From: Macrostomum lignano
Taxonomy: Eukaryota
Assembly: GCA_002269645.1 (NCBI GenBank)
Contig: NIVC01002351.1
Coordinates: 117,790-181,789, forward strand
DNA: 64,000 nucleotides
Reading direction: 5' to 3'
Shown here: piece after piece, positions 13,651-26,194 of the stretch
Numbering within the stretch: position 1 is the stretch's first letter
Layout of the letters: each line of letters starts with the position of its first letter
Position numbers and translations under genes: made by a program
Notes under the pieces: generated by a model
The model's database searches: none
What the model was told of the DNA's origin: nothing
The model's input: only the letters and a program-made list of their open reading frames with translations

Positions 13651-14654
13651 AGATTCAAGAATAGACTCGAAATAGAAATAGACTCAAAATTTAACAATAA
13701 ATAGTGCAAGGCACACATGTGCTGGCTTTACCATAGTTAGTATAAGTATATTTTGATCATGAAACGTCAGATTAATATTGATAGGCTTTAAATTTTATAA
13801 CTGCACCATCGTAATAATAAGAACATGAGTTAATTTTTTGCAAGATTGCAATACACGCTATTGATAAATAAAATAACAAGTAAAGCGTTTTTCAGTTATT
13901 CTGTAACAGATTCAGCTCGCTTTGCCATATATAAAGAAAACAGTAATCATAGGAAATTTGTGGGAATCCATGCAGGCGCTCTACCCATTCCGCCGACTCC
14001 ACGCACTTGTACACACGCTCAAACGGGGTGTACAGCGAACCCTCGAAGCAACCATTGGTATCGTGGCGCGAGAATAAGTGCTCTGGTCCCCAGGACTTTA
14101 CCATTGACTGTAAAATTAAAAGCACTGCTTTTAAGTGAGGGAGGTGAGCTGGGTGTGGGTGCCAAGCCTCACTCTGAACCATAGACTGATTCTATAGAAT
14201 CTGATGTACATATGTGATTCTGATTTACGAGTAAAGCCCATTTAATTATCAGTGTCGATTTTTATCTTCCATCGAAATGACTGACGAATATATGAATACA
14301 AAATTCTCTACCAGATTACTTGTAGAATTTTTTTGCTGTTTATGACCCTTGAAAAGTCGTTTTACGCTAGATCACATTGAGCTGGAGAGTTGGTCCCGCG
14401 GTGAGAGCCAATCATGGCCCCCATGCATCTGCATCAACGTCATCAACAGTTGTTAATGGTAATAAAAATATTCAGTTGGTAAAAACATAGTTGTAGTAAT
14501 GATACTGATTTCTTGTGAAATGCGAAATTCTACGAAAATCTCTAAACAGACGCTCAATTATAAGTAGTATCATTGTCGAATAAAAGTGTATCTAGCGTTC
14601 TAGATATCTGTGCTTTTCATAAATTCAAGTCTTGCATGCTTATATCAGTCCTAA

Positions 14655-14940
14655 TAAATAATAATAATTGATTACATCTGCCCTAATGAGCAGATATGCA
14701 ACCGACAGCTCAGCCGCAGCTATTGCAAGGCGCATCTGAAGGCTGCGTACGGCTGTTCAGTCCAAGGACTGGAGAGGGGGGTCGCCACACACACCCTCAA
14801 CACCCCAGCTAATGCTGACACCCATCTTACAGCTGTGTGAACTGACGTAATGCAGAGTTAAGCGTCTTGCTCAAATCACACAAATTGTTCTATTGGGATC
14901 GGGAATCGAACCCCCCCCCCACCGACCTTCAAGCCGACTA
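14655..14940 (-). mobile_element. tRNA-derived CORE-SINE, 5'-truncated copy
   Basis: Homologous to 20190-20485; B box GGTTCGATTCC retained, A box missing; AT-rich tail. Confidence 0.75.
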
Positions 14941-15164
14941 CAATAAGTGTCACTAGTTGAAGCATGTAGAGCCAATGGCATTTCAGGCCAGGGCCATACA
15001 CATAGAAATTGTCTACAAACAAAATGACACAATTTATTGGTAAAGCCAGAAAAATGAATTATTGCAATTTTAAAATGACAGCATTTACTAAATTGCTTAA
15101 TAAAATCTCCCCATAAAATATGAAACAATAAAAAATTTAGTATGCAATCATATTTTTAGCGTAA

Positions 15165-16520
15165 CAGGATCTGGGAGACTGGCCCAGCAACTGGGGATCT
15201 GGGAGGCTGGCCCAGAAACTGGGGATCTGGGAGGCTGGCCCAGCAACTGACACTCTGGGAGACTGGCCCAGCAACTGGGGATCTGGGAGGCTGGCCCAGC
15301 AACTGGGGATCTGGGAGGCTGGTTCAGCAACTGAGGATCTGGGAGGCTAGCCCAGCAACTGGGGATCTGGGAGACTGGCCCAGCAACTGAGGATCTGGGA
15401 GACTGGCCCAGCAACTGGGGATCTGGGAGGCTGGTTCAGCAACTGAGGATCTGGGAGGTTGGCCCAGCAACTGGGGATCTGGGAGACTGGCCCAGCAACT
15501 GAGGATCTGGGAGGCTGGCCCAGCAACTGGGGATCTGGGAGGCTGGCCCAGCAACTGGGGATCTGGGAGGCTGGCCCAGCAACTGAGGATCTGGGAGGCT
15601 GGCCCAGCAACTGAGGATCTGGGAGGCTGGCCCAGCAACTGGGGATCTGGGAGGCTGGCCCAGCAACTGACACTCTGGGAGACTGGCCCAGCAACTGGGG
15701 ATCTGGGAGGCTGGCCCAGCAACTGACGATCTGGGAGGCTGGCCCAGCAACTGGGGATCTGGGAGGCTGGCCCAGAACTGAGGATCTGGGAGGCTGGCCC
15801 AGAACTGAGGATCTGGGAGGCTGGCCCAGCAACTGACACTCTGGGAGGCTGGCCCAGCAACTGGGGATCTGGGAGGCTGGCCCAGCAACTGAGGATCTGG
15901 GAGGCTGGCTCAGCAACTGGGGATCTGGGAGGCTGGCCCAGCAACTGGGGATCTGGGAGGCTGGCCCAGCAAATGGGGATCTGGGAGGTTGGCCCAGCAA
16001 CTGAGGATCTGGGAGGCTGGCTCAGCAACTGGGGATCTGGGAGGCTGGCCCAGCAACTGGGGATCTGGGAGGCTGGCTCAGCAACTGGGGATCTGGGAGA
16101 CTGGCCCAGCAACTGACACTCTGGGAGGCTGGCCCAGCAACTGGGGATCTGGGAGAATGGCCCAGCAACTAGGGATCTGGGAGACTGGCCCAGCAACTGA
16201 GGATCTGGGAGGCTGGCCCAGCAACTGACACTCTGGGAGGCTGGCCCAGCAACTGGGGATCTGGGAGACTGGCCCAGCAACTGACACTCTGGGAGGCTGG
16301 CCCAGCAACTGGGGATCTGGGAGACTGGCCCAGCAACTGACACTCTGGGAGGCTGGCCCAGCAACTGACACTCTGGGAGGCTGGCCCAGCAACTGGGGAT
16401 CTGGGAGGCTGGCCCAGCAACTGAGGATCTGGGAGGCTGGCCCAGAAACTGGGGATCTGGGAGGCTGGCCTAAGCAACTGGGGATCTGGGAGGCTGGCTC
16501 AGCAACTGAGGATCTGGGAA
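15165..16520. repeat. 28-bp minisatellite (GGGGATCTGGGAGGCTGGCCCAGCAACT)n
   Basis: About 48 tandem units; it explains the repetitive ORFs 15148-16477. Confidence 0.97.
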
Positions 16521-16791
16521 GCCCAAAAATTAAATCATAGCTTGGGAAGAAAGTTAGCTGAACAGTACAGGAAGTGGAAATGAAAATAGCAGTTTCAATT
16601 TTTCTACAAGCTCTAAAACACTACTTAAAATAGTCAAGCATTGAGAAGGCGAAGCATGTTTAACAGCTGTTCTCAGTGAAAAAATGAAAAAAAAATTTTC
16701 TGCGGTCGAAACGGTTCTTTTACATCATAAATTATTTTTCAATTGGCTCGCATTAAAACATATTGCTATACTGGCAGTGCTGCAGTTGTTG

Positions 16792-19700
16792 CTAGGCAAC
16801 GGGAGCACCAGTTTTCCATCTTGACGCCTGCGTCGCCGCAGGCGGGGCGGTGGCCGCCAGTGGGAAGTAGGGGTAGCTGGGCGCCCACTGGCTGCTCGCG
16901 TTGAAGCTCCTGCCCTCGTCTTTGTCCATTTCCACTCGGCCAAACATGCACTCTGCGTAGCTGGGCGGCGCTGTATTGCAAGGCGGAGCAATTCCTGTTT
17001 TTTAATGGGATCTGAGCATTTCTACAATAGAATCTGAGCACTTCTACAATAAAATCTGAGCACTTCTACAATAGAATCTGAGCACTCTAAGTTGAATCTA
17101 AGCACTCTCATTAGCATCTGAGCACTCTCATTAAGATCTGAACACTCTCATTAGCATCTGAGCACTCTAATTAGCATCTAAGCACTCTCATTAGCATCTG
17201 AGCACTCTCAGTAGCATCTGAGCTCTCTCATTAGCATCTGAGCACTCTAATTAGCATCTGAGCACTCTCATTAGCATCTGAGCACTCTCCTTAGGATCTG
17301 AGCACTCTCATTAGCATCTGAGCACTTGCGTTAGGATCTGAGCACTCTCATTAGCATCTGAGCACTCTCATTAGCATCTGAGCACTCTCCTTAAGGATCT
17401 GAGCACTCTCAAGTTTATCTCTCATCTCAGACCGCATAACTTCAATAGCTTACGCGGAACAAACTGGCCACCAGGCTGCGGCTGCTGCTCGACGACGCCG
17501 TCACCCGACGGCGCCGTTGGCAGCGGCGGCGGCAGTGGCGACATTCCGAACGTCGACCAGAGCGGCACGCTGCCGATCAGCAGCTCGCAGCACTCCTTCT
17601 TCATCGACAGGCAGCAGCCACCGTCCGCATTCAGCTGGACACAGGATGAAAAAAAATGAATGTGTGGATGCACTTTGACTGGTATGGATGTACTTTCTGT
17701 GGCACTCATGCATTTTTAACGGTACTGGTGTACTTTTGTGGTACTAGTGTACTTTTAACGATCCTGATGTACACTTGGTACTGTACAATTGATTACTGGT
17801 ACTATAAAACTTATAACGCTACTGGTGTACTTATCATGAAATCGAGTACATTTCTAAATAGTACAGATACATGCACTTTTAATTTCTAATGTTAATGATA
17901 CACTTTCAAGATAAGCGCGGTCTGCAATCAGCTTTTATTCTTTCCTTTAGACTCATAGATCACTTGATAAAAAGGACTTGTTTCAAATAGTAATTTCAAC
18001 CTACTCGAAAGTAGTAGTGCACGCGTATATTGTTACAGCCTTCAATGTGCGAACTGGGCACGGGGTTGACCGGCAGAAGATGGTTGAGCTGCATCGACTG
18101 GCCCTGCTCAATGCCGGACAGGCTGACAGAGGAGGCCACGCGGGACGAAGTTTTGCGCTTGCTGGGCGTTATAAATATGCTTTGCTGCAATGGCGGGATG
18201 AAATGTAGGAACTTGGGTTAGTTAAGTGAAATTATGTCAGAAATCGATGCTAGTCCTGTACTCCACAAATCACTTGAACGTTACGGAATTCAAGGCAGTT
18301 TTTCTTTTTACAGGATAGAATAATCTGTGCTTGATTGTGCACAGGGTCAGGTGGTCTAACGCCCCCAACTGCCCCTGTCCTTCCCCCGCCCTCTGCAGGG
18401 CCCTGCTTGGACTCAACCGCAGGGACATCAGGGCGGTAACCATGGGCCCTCTTGGGTCCGCTACCTGAGGGCTACAGGGCGAGCGACAATCCACCTCCTG
18501 GACTCTCCAGAGGGGGGTCGGATCTCCCTGCGCGACACCGCAGCACCACCTACCTGTGGTTGCCAGGGGTTTGCGGAATTGGCGGTAACGCCTCTTTGGT
18601 ATATCCGGAACCTCCTGTAGCTATAGTCAAGGGCTTAACTTTTTACAAGCCTTGATGTGTTGGACTTCATAGATCCTCTACTAGATTGAGTAATCAGACA
18701 TTAGACAACAAACAAAGACTGAAGGATTAAAAGCCCTGGTCATCAGGTATCTGCTCTGTTCTGGATAATTGCTGAGCATCATAACCTCTCCACTGTACGA
18801 CATTCATTCTATCTCTGCAAATTTTGAAATTTTGGTTACAAAAAGGTGAAGGTGTAGACTGTAGGTTAAACAAGTTAGCCAGACCTGATAAATCTCAAGG
18901 TTGACATTCTCCAGGTTGGTTTTGCTGGTATTGCAGATCTCACCGGTGATGTGCACCTGTTCTCCTGGCACGTAGCCCTTCTTAGGCAGGGCTACGCTGA
19001 CCCGAACTTTGCCACAGCAACAATTGAAGCAATAGCAGCACTTGACGTCAAAATCTTCCTCAGATTTAAACGGTCCAACCTCGTCGGGTAGGCGAATGTT
19101 CAAGTCGAAGTCGCGAATAACGGTGAACATTTTTTTAGTGTAGTTGTCAAACTTCCACGGCCGATCAATGTTAGCCTTGATCTCATAGCGAATTCGACCG
19201 ATTCCGCCTTCGAATGACGATGGCGCGGTCGGCGGCAGTTGAAACGTCACCGGGTAGATGTACTCCCCAGCTGGGTGGTGCTCCGCCGAGGGGCCCGCAG
19301 TCTCGGGAGCTGTCAAGGCGGCGGGCACAACAAGGATGTGCAGCTGCGCGGATGACTAATAGCCTAATAGATGCTGCAGTTATTGACACTAGCAAGTGCA
19401 ACACTGAATCACAACCGTTGCATCCTATTAATAACTTCAACTATTGTTTCTACTATACTAACCACATAAATATAAATATATAAATTAGATAATTAAACTC
19501 GCAACTATGGAGTATTTATGGCAACTCGAAATTTTTATCGTAATATTGTTTTTCACTCGAGTAGATATAGCCTGATTAAGCTTTATATATAAAAACTTTT
19601 CTATAGTAACCATTTTTATTCATAATTTGTCTTTTGAACCTTAAAAGAAAAAATTTGAAGCCTCTTTTGATTTTTTGGTACATGTAGTTTACAACATTTT

Positions 19701-20913
19701 GCGCTCTTTTATGACAAATCTGATCTTCCCAAAGAAGAATAATTGAATAATGTAAATTTGCTTGCTGCAAATATAGACTTGAACATAATCCCCTTGAATT
19801 TCCAATACGGAAGTTACATACAAGCAAAATTTGACAATTCAAACAGATCTCACTGTAAATAGCCACTTTCTGATCGATGTAAACTTCCTCAGATCTGTAG
19901 TGCACAGTCTCTGTTCGGCGGTTGTTGCCAGATCCGGTTGACCTGCTCTCGGTCCAGTGTACATAGGAATGGCCGAATAGCTTAACGTATATCGCTGGAA
20001 AAGACAAGCGTTGGGTGTGATTGCTAAATTCGCTAAGCTAACTTGATTTTAGATGGCGGTCCAATCAGTTCCGGATACTTGTAAAGTCAATTTCAGGTAT
20101 GAAATAATTTGAAAATGTTCGCTTTCCAAAACACAATAGTGTAATACAATCATTGCATCGGGAAGATTTATTAGAAAGATTATAATTATAATAATTGATT
20201 ACACCCAAACCCAATTGGCCAGACGTACAATCGACAGCTCAGCTGCAGCTATTGCGCAGCGCATCTGAAGGCTGCGTACGGCTGTTCAGTTCAAAGACTG
20301 GGGGGTCGCCACACACCTCAATTACCCCAGCTAATGCTGGTGCCCATTTTACAGCTGAATGAACTGAAGCAATACAGAGTTAAGTGTCTTGCTTAAGGAC
20401 ACAAACTGTTCCAGTGGGATCAGGAATTGAACCCCCCGACCTTCAAGTCGTGAGTCTGACGCTCTAACCACTAGGCTACAACCCCTACTAGAAGGATTGT
20501 ACACTGATCGATCACTGATCCTCACAACTGCGAAAGAAGCAAGCATGTTTCTTTTGCGTAAAGTTGATTCAAAAGTTTTCGATATAAAATTAGTAATTAT
20601 TTTGGTTAATCAGTACAGACATTTCGTGTATAGTAGTAAAAAAGGAAAATACGAGTATTCTATCGCCCCTATTAAATTTGTAAGCTTGTAAGTGCAACAG
20701 CCTTCTATGTTTGTTTTTAAATATTAAAAGCATGTAAAAATGAAATGTTTTATAATTTATTGTAGCTTGAAACAGTGTGTACCAACCTCTGCACTTGACA
20801 GGCTCGGTCAGTCTCAGGTGAACCTGGAATGCGATGGTCTGACCGGAGCGGTACACAGCCTGTGGATTCACCTCGGCATCGTCGAATACAATGTCGAATA
20901 TTTCCACTTTCAT
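16792..20913 (-). CDS. ARRDC: Alpha-arrestin (arrestin domain-containing protein), 6 exons, ~410 aa
   Basis: Hand-assembled exons 20913-20787, 19994-19854, 19309-18885, 18184-18005, 17634-17454 and 16970-16792; all GT-AG with consistent phases (1,1,0,0,1). Arrestin-N motifs ([38 protein letters not shown]), arrestin-C motifs ([24 protein letters not shown]) and a C-tail with PTAP and PPSY. Confidence 0.9.
17020..17410. repeat. 20-bp minisatellite (AGCACTCTCATTAGCATCTG)n in ARRDC intron 5
   Basis: About 19 units; same family as 48910-49580 in reverse orientation. Confidence 0.92.
18340..18640 (+). mobile_element. Degraded non-LTR retrotransposon 3'-end fragment in ARRDC intron 3
   Basis: 18455-18575 is clearly homologous to the reverse complement of 58510-58625. 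It translates in pieces as [16 protein letters not shown] and [10 protein letters not shown], resembling the C-terminus of ORF2 in I/R1-group LINEs. Confidence 0.5.
20190..20485 (-). mobile_element. tRNA-derived CORE-SINE, full-length copy in ARRDC intron 1
   Basis: tRNA-like head (A box TAGCCTAGTGGTTAGAGC, B box GGTTCAATTCC), then GTGTCCTTAAGCAAGACACTTAACTCTG...CTGTAAAATGGG (MIR/CORE-like domain), a shared 3' body and an AT-rich tail. Confidence 0.8.
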
Positions 20914-22920
20914 TATAGCGATTGTAGTTTGGCGAGAGCTGGAAATTTCAGGCAAGGTGAATCAATATGCTGCAGTCCCACGGGTGTGCTAGGGAAAGGC
21001 GGGAGTGTGTCGGGTGGCCTATGCTCATGAAATATTGGCCTAAGCGCTGCAGATATATCGAGGGGTGGACGGTTTTCAAAGTGGGACTGCAAACATCCAA
21101 CTTGCGGTTCCGCTCTCTCTCTTTCTAACCCCTTTGAACTAGCTTTGGATGCCTCTTTCTCACTGACCAATCAACCGTTTGCATTCATGGTTTCTAAGGT
21201 TTTATCCTTGAGCTGCTGGGCAGACTTTTCCCTTGATCGAACGGTTTTTTGAGAATAAGACTGAAAAATTTCCGGCAAAACAACCAGGGAGGACTGGGTG
21301 CAGCTGCTAGCGGTTCATAAAAGCGGAAGATTTGAGAGCTTCCCTACTCCAAAACTCTACCCTGGCTGAGCTAAATTATACCGTATAAGACTACTGTCGG
21401 GCGCATCCAGGCACTAAACAGTTCAGTTCTTAGTTCGGGCTTCTAGAATGCCCCAAACTCAAACACAAAACGAGGGGATAGAAAAAATGCCGACTTCCTC
21501 ATTCGCCCTCTTGCTCCCCTTCCCACGGAGTCGAATTTTCATTCACCCCTATCCCCAACTCTCCTTGATTTGCATTTCTCTGGTCTCTCGTGCCCCATAT
21601 AACTGATTGGCACGGGTGGTCAAAAACCACCCGGATCAAAGATTGGACCACCGCGGTGCAGCCCCCAAGCCATGGAGTTCTCATAAATTATCGGAAGAGA
21701 TCGTCTAGTCTAGGCTCACTCCTAACCAGATTCTAGCTCTGAAACTCCATAAACGAAGCTTCCGTTACTAATTCTCTTACAGAGGAGAGAAAGGGAGGCA
21801 GACAGAAACGCGCAGTAGAGAAGGAATCTACAGCCAGAGAAATGCGAGAGCATCTAGATGCATGCCAATTTCTCGCGCAGGGGAGAAAATATTACTCAGT
21901 TCTGCGTGGAAATTTTTTGTACAAGAAAAATATGGTTCCCCGTCTTTTTGGCTGCTCGGCTGCTATGGCTGCCCGCGGCAATGCAAAAGAATATTGAAGA
22001 GTAGTTCAGAGAGTGTAAAAGAGAGAGAGAGACACTGGGTGAACGCACAGCGCTATTAAAGCAAAGTCAGCCGTCTAAGCGCACCCCATGTTAGCCTGTA
22101 CAGACAGTCAATGCATTGCAAACAGTTAAAGTCGAATTAATCGTACGCGCCTGCAACACATGCAGACAAAGCGAAAGGCGGAGCCGCAGAAGTGTACCAA
22201 ATGCACCCTGACTTGAACTATTACTTCCAGGCAACCCAGACAGCCAACAGAATAAATCATTGGTACACAATTTCAACCATCAATTTTGTTATATTTCACC
22301 AACCGCAGCTACTGAGAGTAATGTAAGTAGAGGCAAAAGCAGAAAACTCGTCATTGATAATGTTTCTCAGAATTTAAATAAATATTACGTATTCACAGCT
22401 GGAATAATTGGAATTTAAGAACCTGCCGCAACTGCTTTACCTTCAACTGCTTCGGGTGAAAAGCACTAAAAAACATAATGAAAATTTTGTTAATAAAAAT
22501 AACAATCCAAATCAAAAAGCCACAATAACGGATCTTTGGTTAGTAAGAAACGCAGTTTCACCTTGAAACCGTGCAGTTAAGGACACATTGTATAAACGAT
22601 AGTACTGTATACAGATTGTACAAACAATTCCAACAAGATTAAGCCATAAAAACGATGAAAACTCAATCGATCTGTATAAGAGAGACGAGCTGAATATAAA
22701 AAGTATAATGCTTGAATAAAACATCACCACTAAACGACAATACCGAAAAATACCCAAAAAGCTACCTTCCACATAGAAATGGTGCCTATCTGAGTATTCG
22801 GGAATAACTGCAGAAGAAAAAAACCACATACTCGTAAACTTAGTGAAGTCTCAGTAATTCAAAGACAGACTCATAAAGACATTAATCATCCAGGGTGGTA
22901 GCAGGATACAAATTGCGACC

Positions 22921-24741
22921 TTATTGTCCACCAGGATATGGTGCACCACCTTGCTGTGCAACCGGATATGGTCCACCACCTGGTTGTGCACCAGGATATG
23001 GTGCACCACCTGACTGTGCACCAGGATATGGGGCAGAACCAGACTGCATGCCAGGGTAAGAAGTATCGCCAAAAAAGCCACCCGAAATTCCGGCACCACC
23101 AGCGGCTGACGGAGCGTCGTTGCGAACTCGAGGCGGACCAGCTCGAATTCCGCGACGCCTCATCCACTCGCACACCTGATTCGGAAGCTCCGCCAGTACC
23201 TCCTTTGCCAAGGCATACCTGCTGCGATCAATGTTGCCACCCTGAATGAAGCGACGCAAAGGAACGAATTGGACGACATCTCTTTCGGCGATCATCGACC
23301 CGCAGCGAAGTCGCTTGTCGTCTGAGTCCAGATCCTTCATAGCCGAGAAGTCCTCGTTTCCGACACCAACTATGATTATAGACATCGGTAGAGATGACGC
23401 CTTGATGATTGCCTGCTTCGTCTTCTCGAAGTCCGTGATGATTCCGTCAGTGATGATCAGCAGTACAAAGTACTGAGCTCCTGTCTGGTGAGCCGCAGCC
23501 ATTGACGCTACGTGGTTGATCACGGGCGAAAAGTTTGTCGGGCCGTACAGTCGCACCGCTCTGATGCAAGACCGATAGGCCGCGAGAAGACCTGGCATTC
23601 CTGCGCAGTACGGGTTTTCGGGCTGCAGAGTCAGCGAGAACGCATCCTGAACTCCCGAGAACATTGGAGGCAACAGAGCTCCGAAGCCCAGTCCGGGAAA
23701 CTGCTTGTCTGAGTCGTAGTCCTGCACGATCTCTCCTACCGAAATTATCGCCAGCTCGTACTGGTTCGGTCGGCCGTCGGCGCTCACGTGGTGCAGCGAG
23801 TGAGGGTCTCTGGGGTCTCCATTGCTACCCGTGAAGTCGATTGCAACCGTGAAGTGCAGCTCAGTGCCGCCCTGAATGTAGTCGACGAACGAGTCGATGG
23901 TCTCGATTCCGATCTGGCTGAACACGATGGTTCCAGCCGACTTTTTCTTCTTGCTGATGAGGGTTCGTTGGGCGGAGCGGCTTTGGGCGACCTCCTGCTC
24001 CAAGCTCTCCAGGCTGCTGTAAAAGCTTCCTATCAGATCATGAGAGCCGTCTCCGTCATAATCATAGCAATCAAATCGTAGGATTAAACGCTTATTACCA
24101 CGACAGATTCGAGCGACTGGTACAGAAAACATTGCCCATCGTGGGTTCAAGTTATTCTTGATAACCTCCGTTCGATGCACAAGAGACCAATTGCGAACGT
24201 GGTTTAACTCGTCTTCGCTTGTTACATCTTCAAGTGGTTGATAGATTTCAAGAAATGGATCTGATTTGCCAAGAAAGTCTTTTTTATCAAGTTTGTGCCC
24301 TTCAATTTGAAAGTTAACAACTTGCTTGCACTCTTGAACTTCTACACAGGTTACAGTAATGATGGACGTCTTCGAACTTTTTGTCCTGCAAAGTTTAGTT
24401 TCGAATCGACGTCGGCTTACAAGCTCGCCGATCGAAGTCTCCAACTCGCCGAGAAAGTCGTGTTCAGACAGTCGAGCACTCGGACTGTCCAAGTCGTAAA
24501 TTTGAAACTTCACCAGCTGACGCTCCTCGAACATGAAGTCGACAATGAACCGATGGCTGAATTCGGGATCAAGCGTGTTGTTCAGTCTCTCAGTTCTGCC
24601 GATTTCTTGAAAATTGGAAGTTCCCGGCTGGCGCAGGAACAGGACGCACTGAGGATCTGACTTGGAGGTGACGTCGCGGTCAGGCAGATTTCTGCAGGAC
24701 ACGCTGATCTCAACGCGACTGGTTAGGCTTGGGCCGGACAT
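22921..24741 (-). CDS. CPNE: Copine paralog 1 (C2A-C2B-vWA, Gly/Pro/Tyr-rich tail), intronless CDS, 606 aa
   Basis: SRVEISVSCRNLPDRDVTSKSDP, LDKKDFLGKSDP, vWA motifs FTVAIDFTGSNG, QYFVLLIITDG, LPMSIIIVGVG, RDVVQFVP. The ATG at 24741 follows a CAG splice-acceptor-like site. Confidence 0.95.
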   Translation of the reverse strand: MSGPSLTSRVEISVSCRNLPDRDVTSKSDPQCVLFLRQPGTSNFQEIGRTERLNNTLDPEFSHRFIVDFMFEERQLVKFQIYDLDSPSARLSEHDFLGELETSIGELVSRRRFETKLCRTKSSKTSIITVTCVEVQECKQVVNFQIEGHKLDKKDFLGKSDPFLEIYQPLEDVTSEDELNHVRNWSLVHRTEVIKNNLNPRWAMFSVPVARICRGNKRLILRFDCYDYDGDGSHDLIGSFYSSLESLEQEVAQSRSAQRTLISKKKKSAGTIVFSQIGIETIDSFVDYIQGGTELHFTVAIDFTGSNGDPRDPHSLHHVSADGRPNQYELAIISVGEIVQDYDSDKQFPGLGFGALLPPMFSGVQDAFSLTLQPENPYCAGMPGLLAAYRSCIRAVRLYGPTNFSPVINHVASMAAAHQTGAQYFVLLIITDGIITDFEKTKQAIIKASSLPMSIIIVGVGNEDFSAMKDLDSDDKRLRCGSMIAERDVVQFVPLRRFIQGGNIDRSRYALAKEVLAELPNQVCEWMRRRGIRAGPPRVRNDAPSAAGGAGISGGFFGDTSYPGMQSGSAPYPGAQSGGAPYPGAQPGGGPYPVAQQGGAPYPGGQ

Positions 24742-26194
24742 CTGTAATTTTTTGCACAAATTTTCTATCGCTTAAGTGTTGAAAAATTGTAGGAATATCT
24801 CAACTTAAGCCATACTGACTGACAATTAGGCTAGTTCTGTCGGCTGTAAACTTAAGTATTGCGTTGGATATAGCATTGAGACACAGTCGGGGCTTATATT
24901 ATATATTAAAAAAATTGAACCTTAAAATACAGAAGAAACAAACCTTTATTTTGCAACCAATTTACCGCCAAAACATTAAGCTAAATATAGAACCATGGCG
25001 GACGCACCAAGTTTAATCTAGTAAAAGCAAGGTAGAAATAAAAATTGCTTGCTTCATTTACGCAACTAAGTAGGTCATTGCTTCACTTTCGTCGCTTTGC
25101 GAAAAGAGTTAGTCATCTTTTCAGCAAAGCTTGCTACAGGCAAGAGAGAGACACTTAAGCGCCTGTTCAATAACCAAACACACGTAGCACTGAAGCAAAC
25201 TCGTAACAATATAATGCTTTCGTATACGTGATGCTTGCATACTACGAATTTCTAGCGACTGCCAAAACCACAAAATATCTTTACTGTCTTGTTGTGTGGG
25301 TTAGTATGCCAGAACCTTGTGCAAACATTCAGTGTAGCTATTTCAACTCGATTTGTAAGGCCACATTCGAATACACGCTGAGCATTCAAGTGTATGCTTA
25401 TCGAGAAAATCTAAAAATAGCCTGCTTCTCAAACTTAATAAGATATGGTAGCTACATTTAGATTCAATGTACGCTCGTGCAGTATATTCATCGCCATATA
25501 CTAAATTTAGTATACAATTAATATATTCTGAAACTCTGAATAGCTTCCAGAAGGTCGTCTAGCGTAATCACTTATTCATAGTTTCAGTTAAAATAAATTG
25601 ACTAAAAAGCAATGTTTTTCGCCAGGAAAACCTCTGGGAGCTATACGTATATTATTCACAACTAGCGTAAACTGGCAAAACTTCACGGATCGCAGGACAG
25701 TAACAAAAAACAAATAATTATAAAGGAATAAAGACGGATTGCTTTTTTAACGCTGAATAAACACAACTGGAACCTCCATCGGACATTGTATGGATGTGTA
25801 TGGATCCTAAAAATATGTGTATGGATAGGCTTGTACATATCCTTTATAGCTTACTTTTCGTTAATGTAAGCAATGGTGGTATGAGTAGAACCGAGAGCTT
25901 CGAACCGGATTGAAACATAGAGAGAAATATATGGCCGGGAAATTGCGTTGTAGGCAAAGTTCTGCGTGTTGACGTAACTACTGATTGCTTCTCTTAGAGA
26001 GAAATCACCTGATTGGTTACTATACAGTGAAAAATCGATTAAATATGTGTATTAATATGATACAAAAGCTCTGATTTAGTAAATACCTGGAGGATGAAGT
26101 ATTGTATACGTCATTCCAAACTATTGTAGTAGTGTCAGTGAATGGAGCACACACGGCACAGAGGGAGGCGTGGGCACAGAATATTACATACGAG

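Noticed and set aside
11175-16520. CRISPR-like regular repeats
   Set aside because: No unique spacers, eukaryotic context and no cas genes; these are plain tandem satellites.
20410-20485. Functional tRNA gene
   Set aside because: Acceptor and anticodon stems pair poorly, and it continues into a CORE body repeated elsewhere; it is a SINE head.
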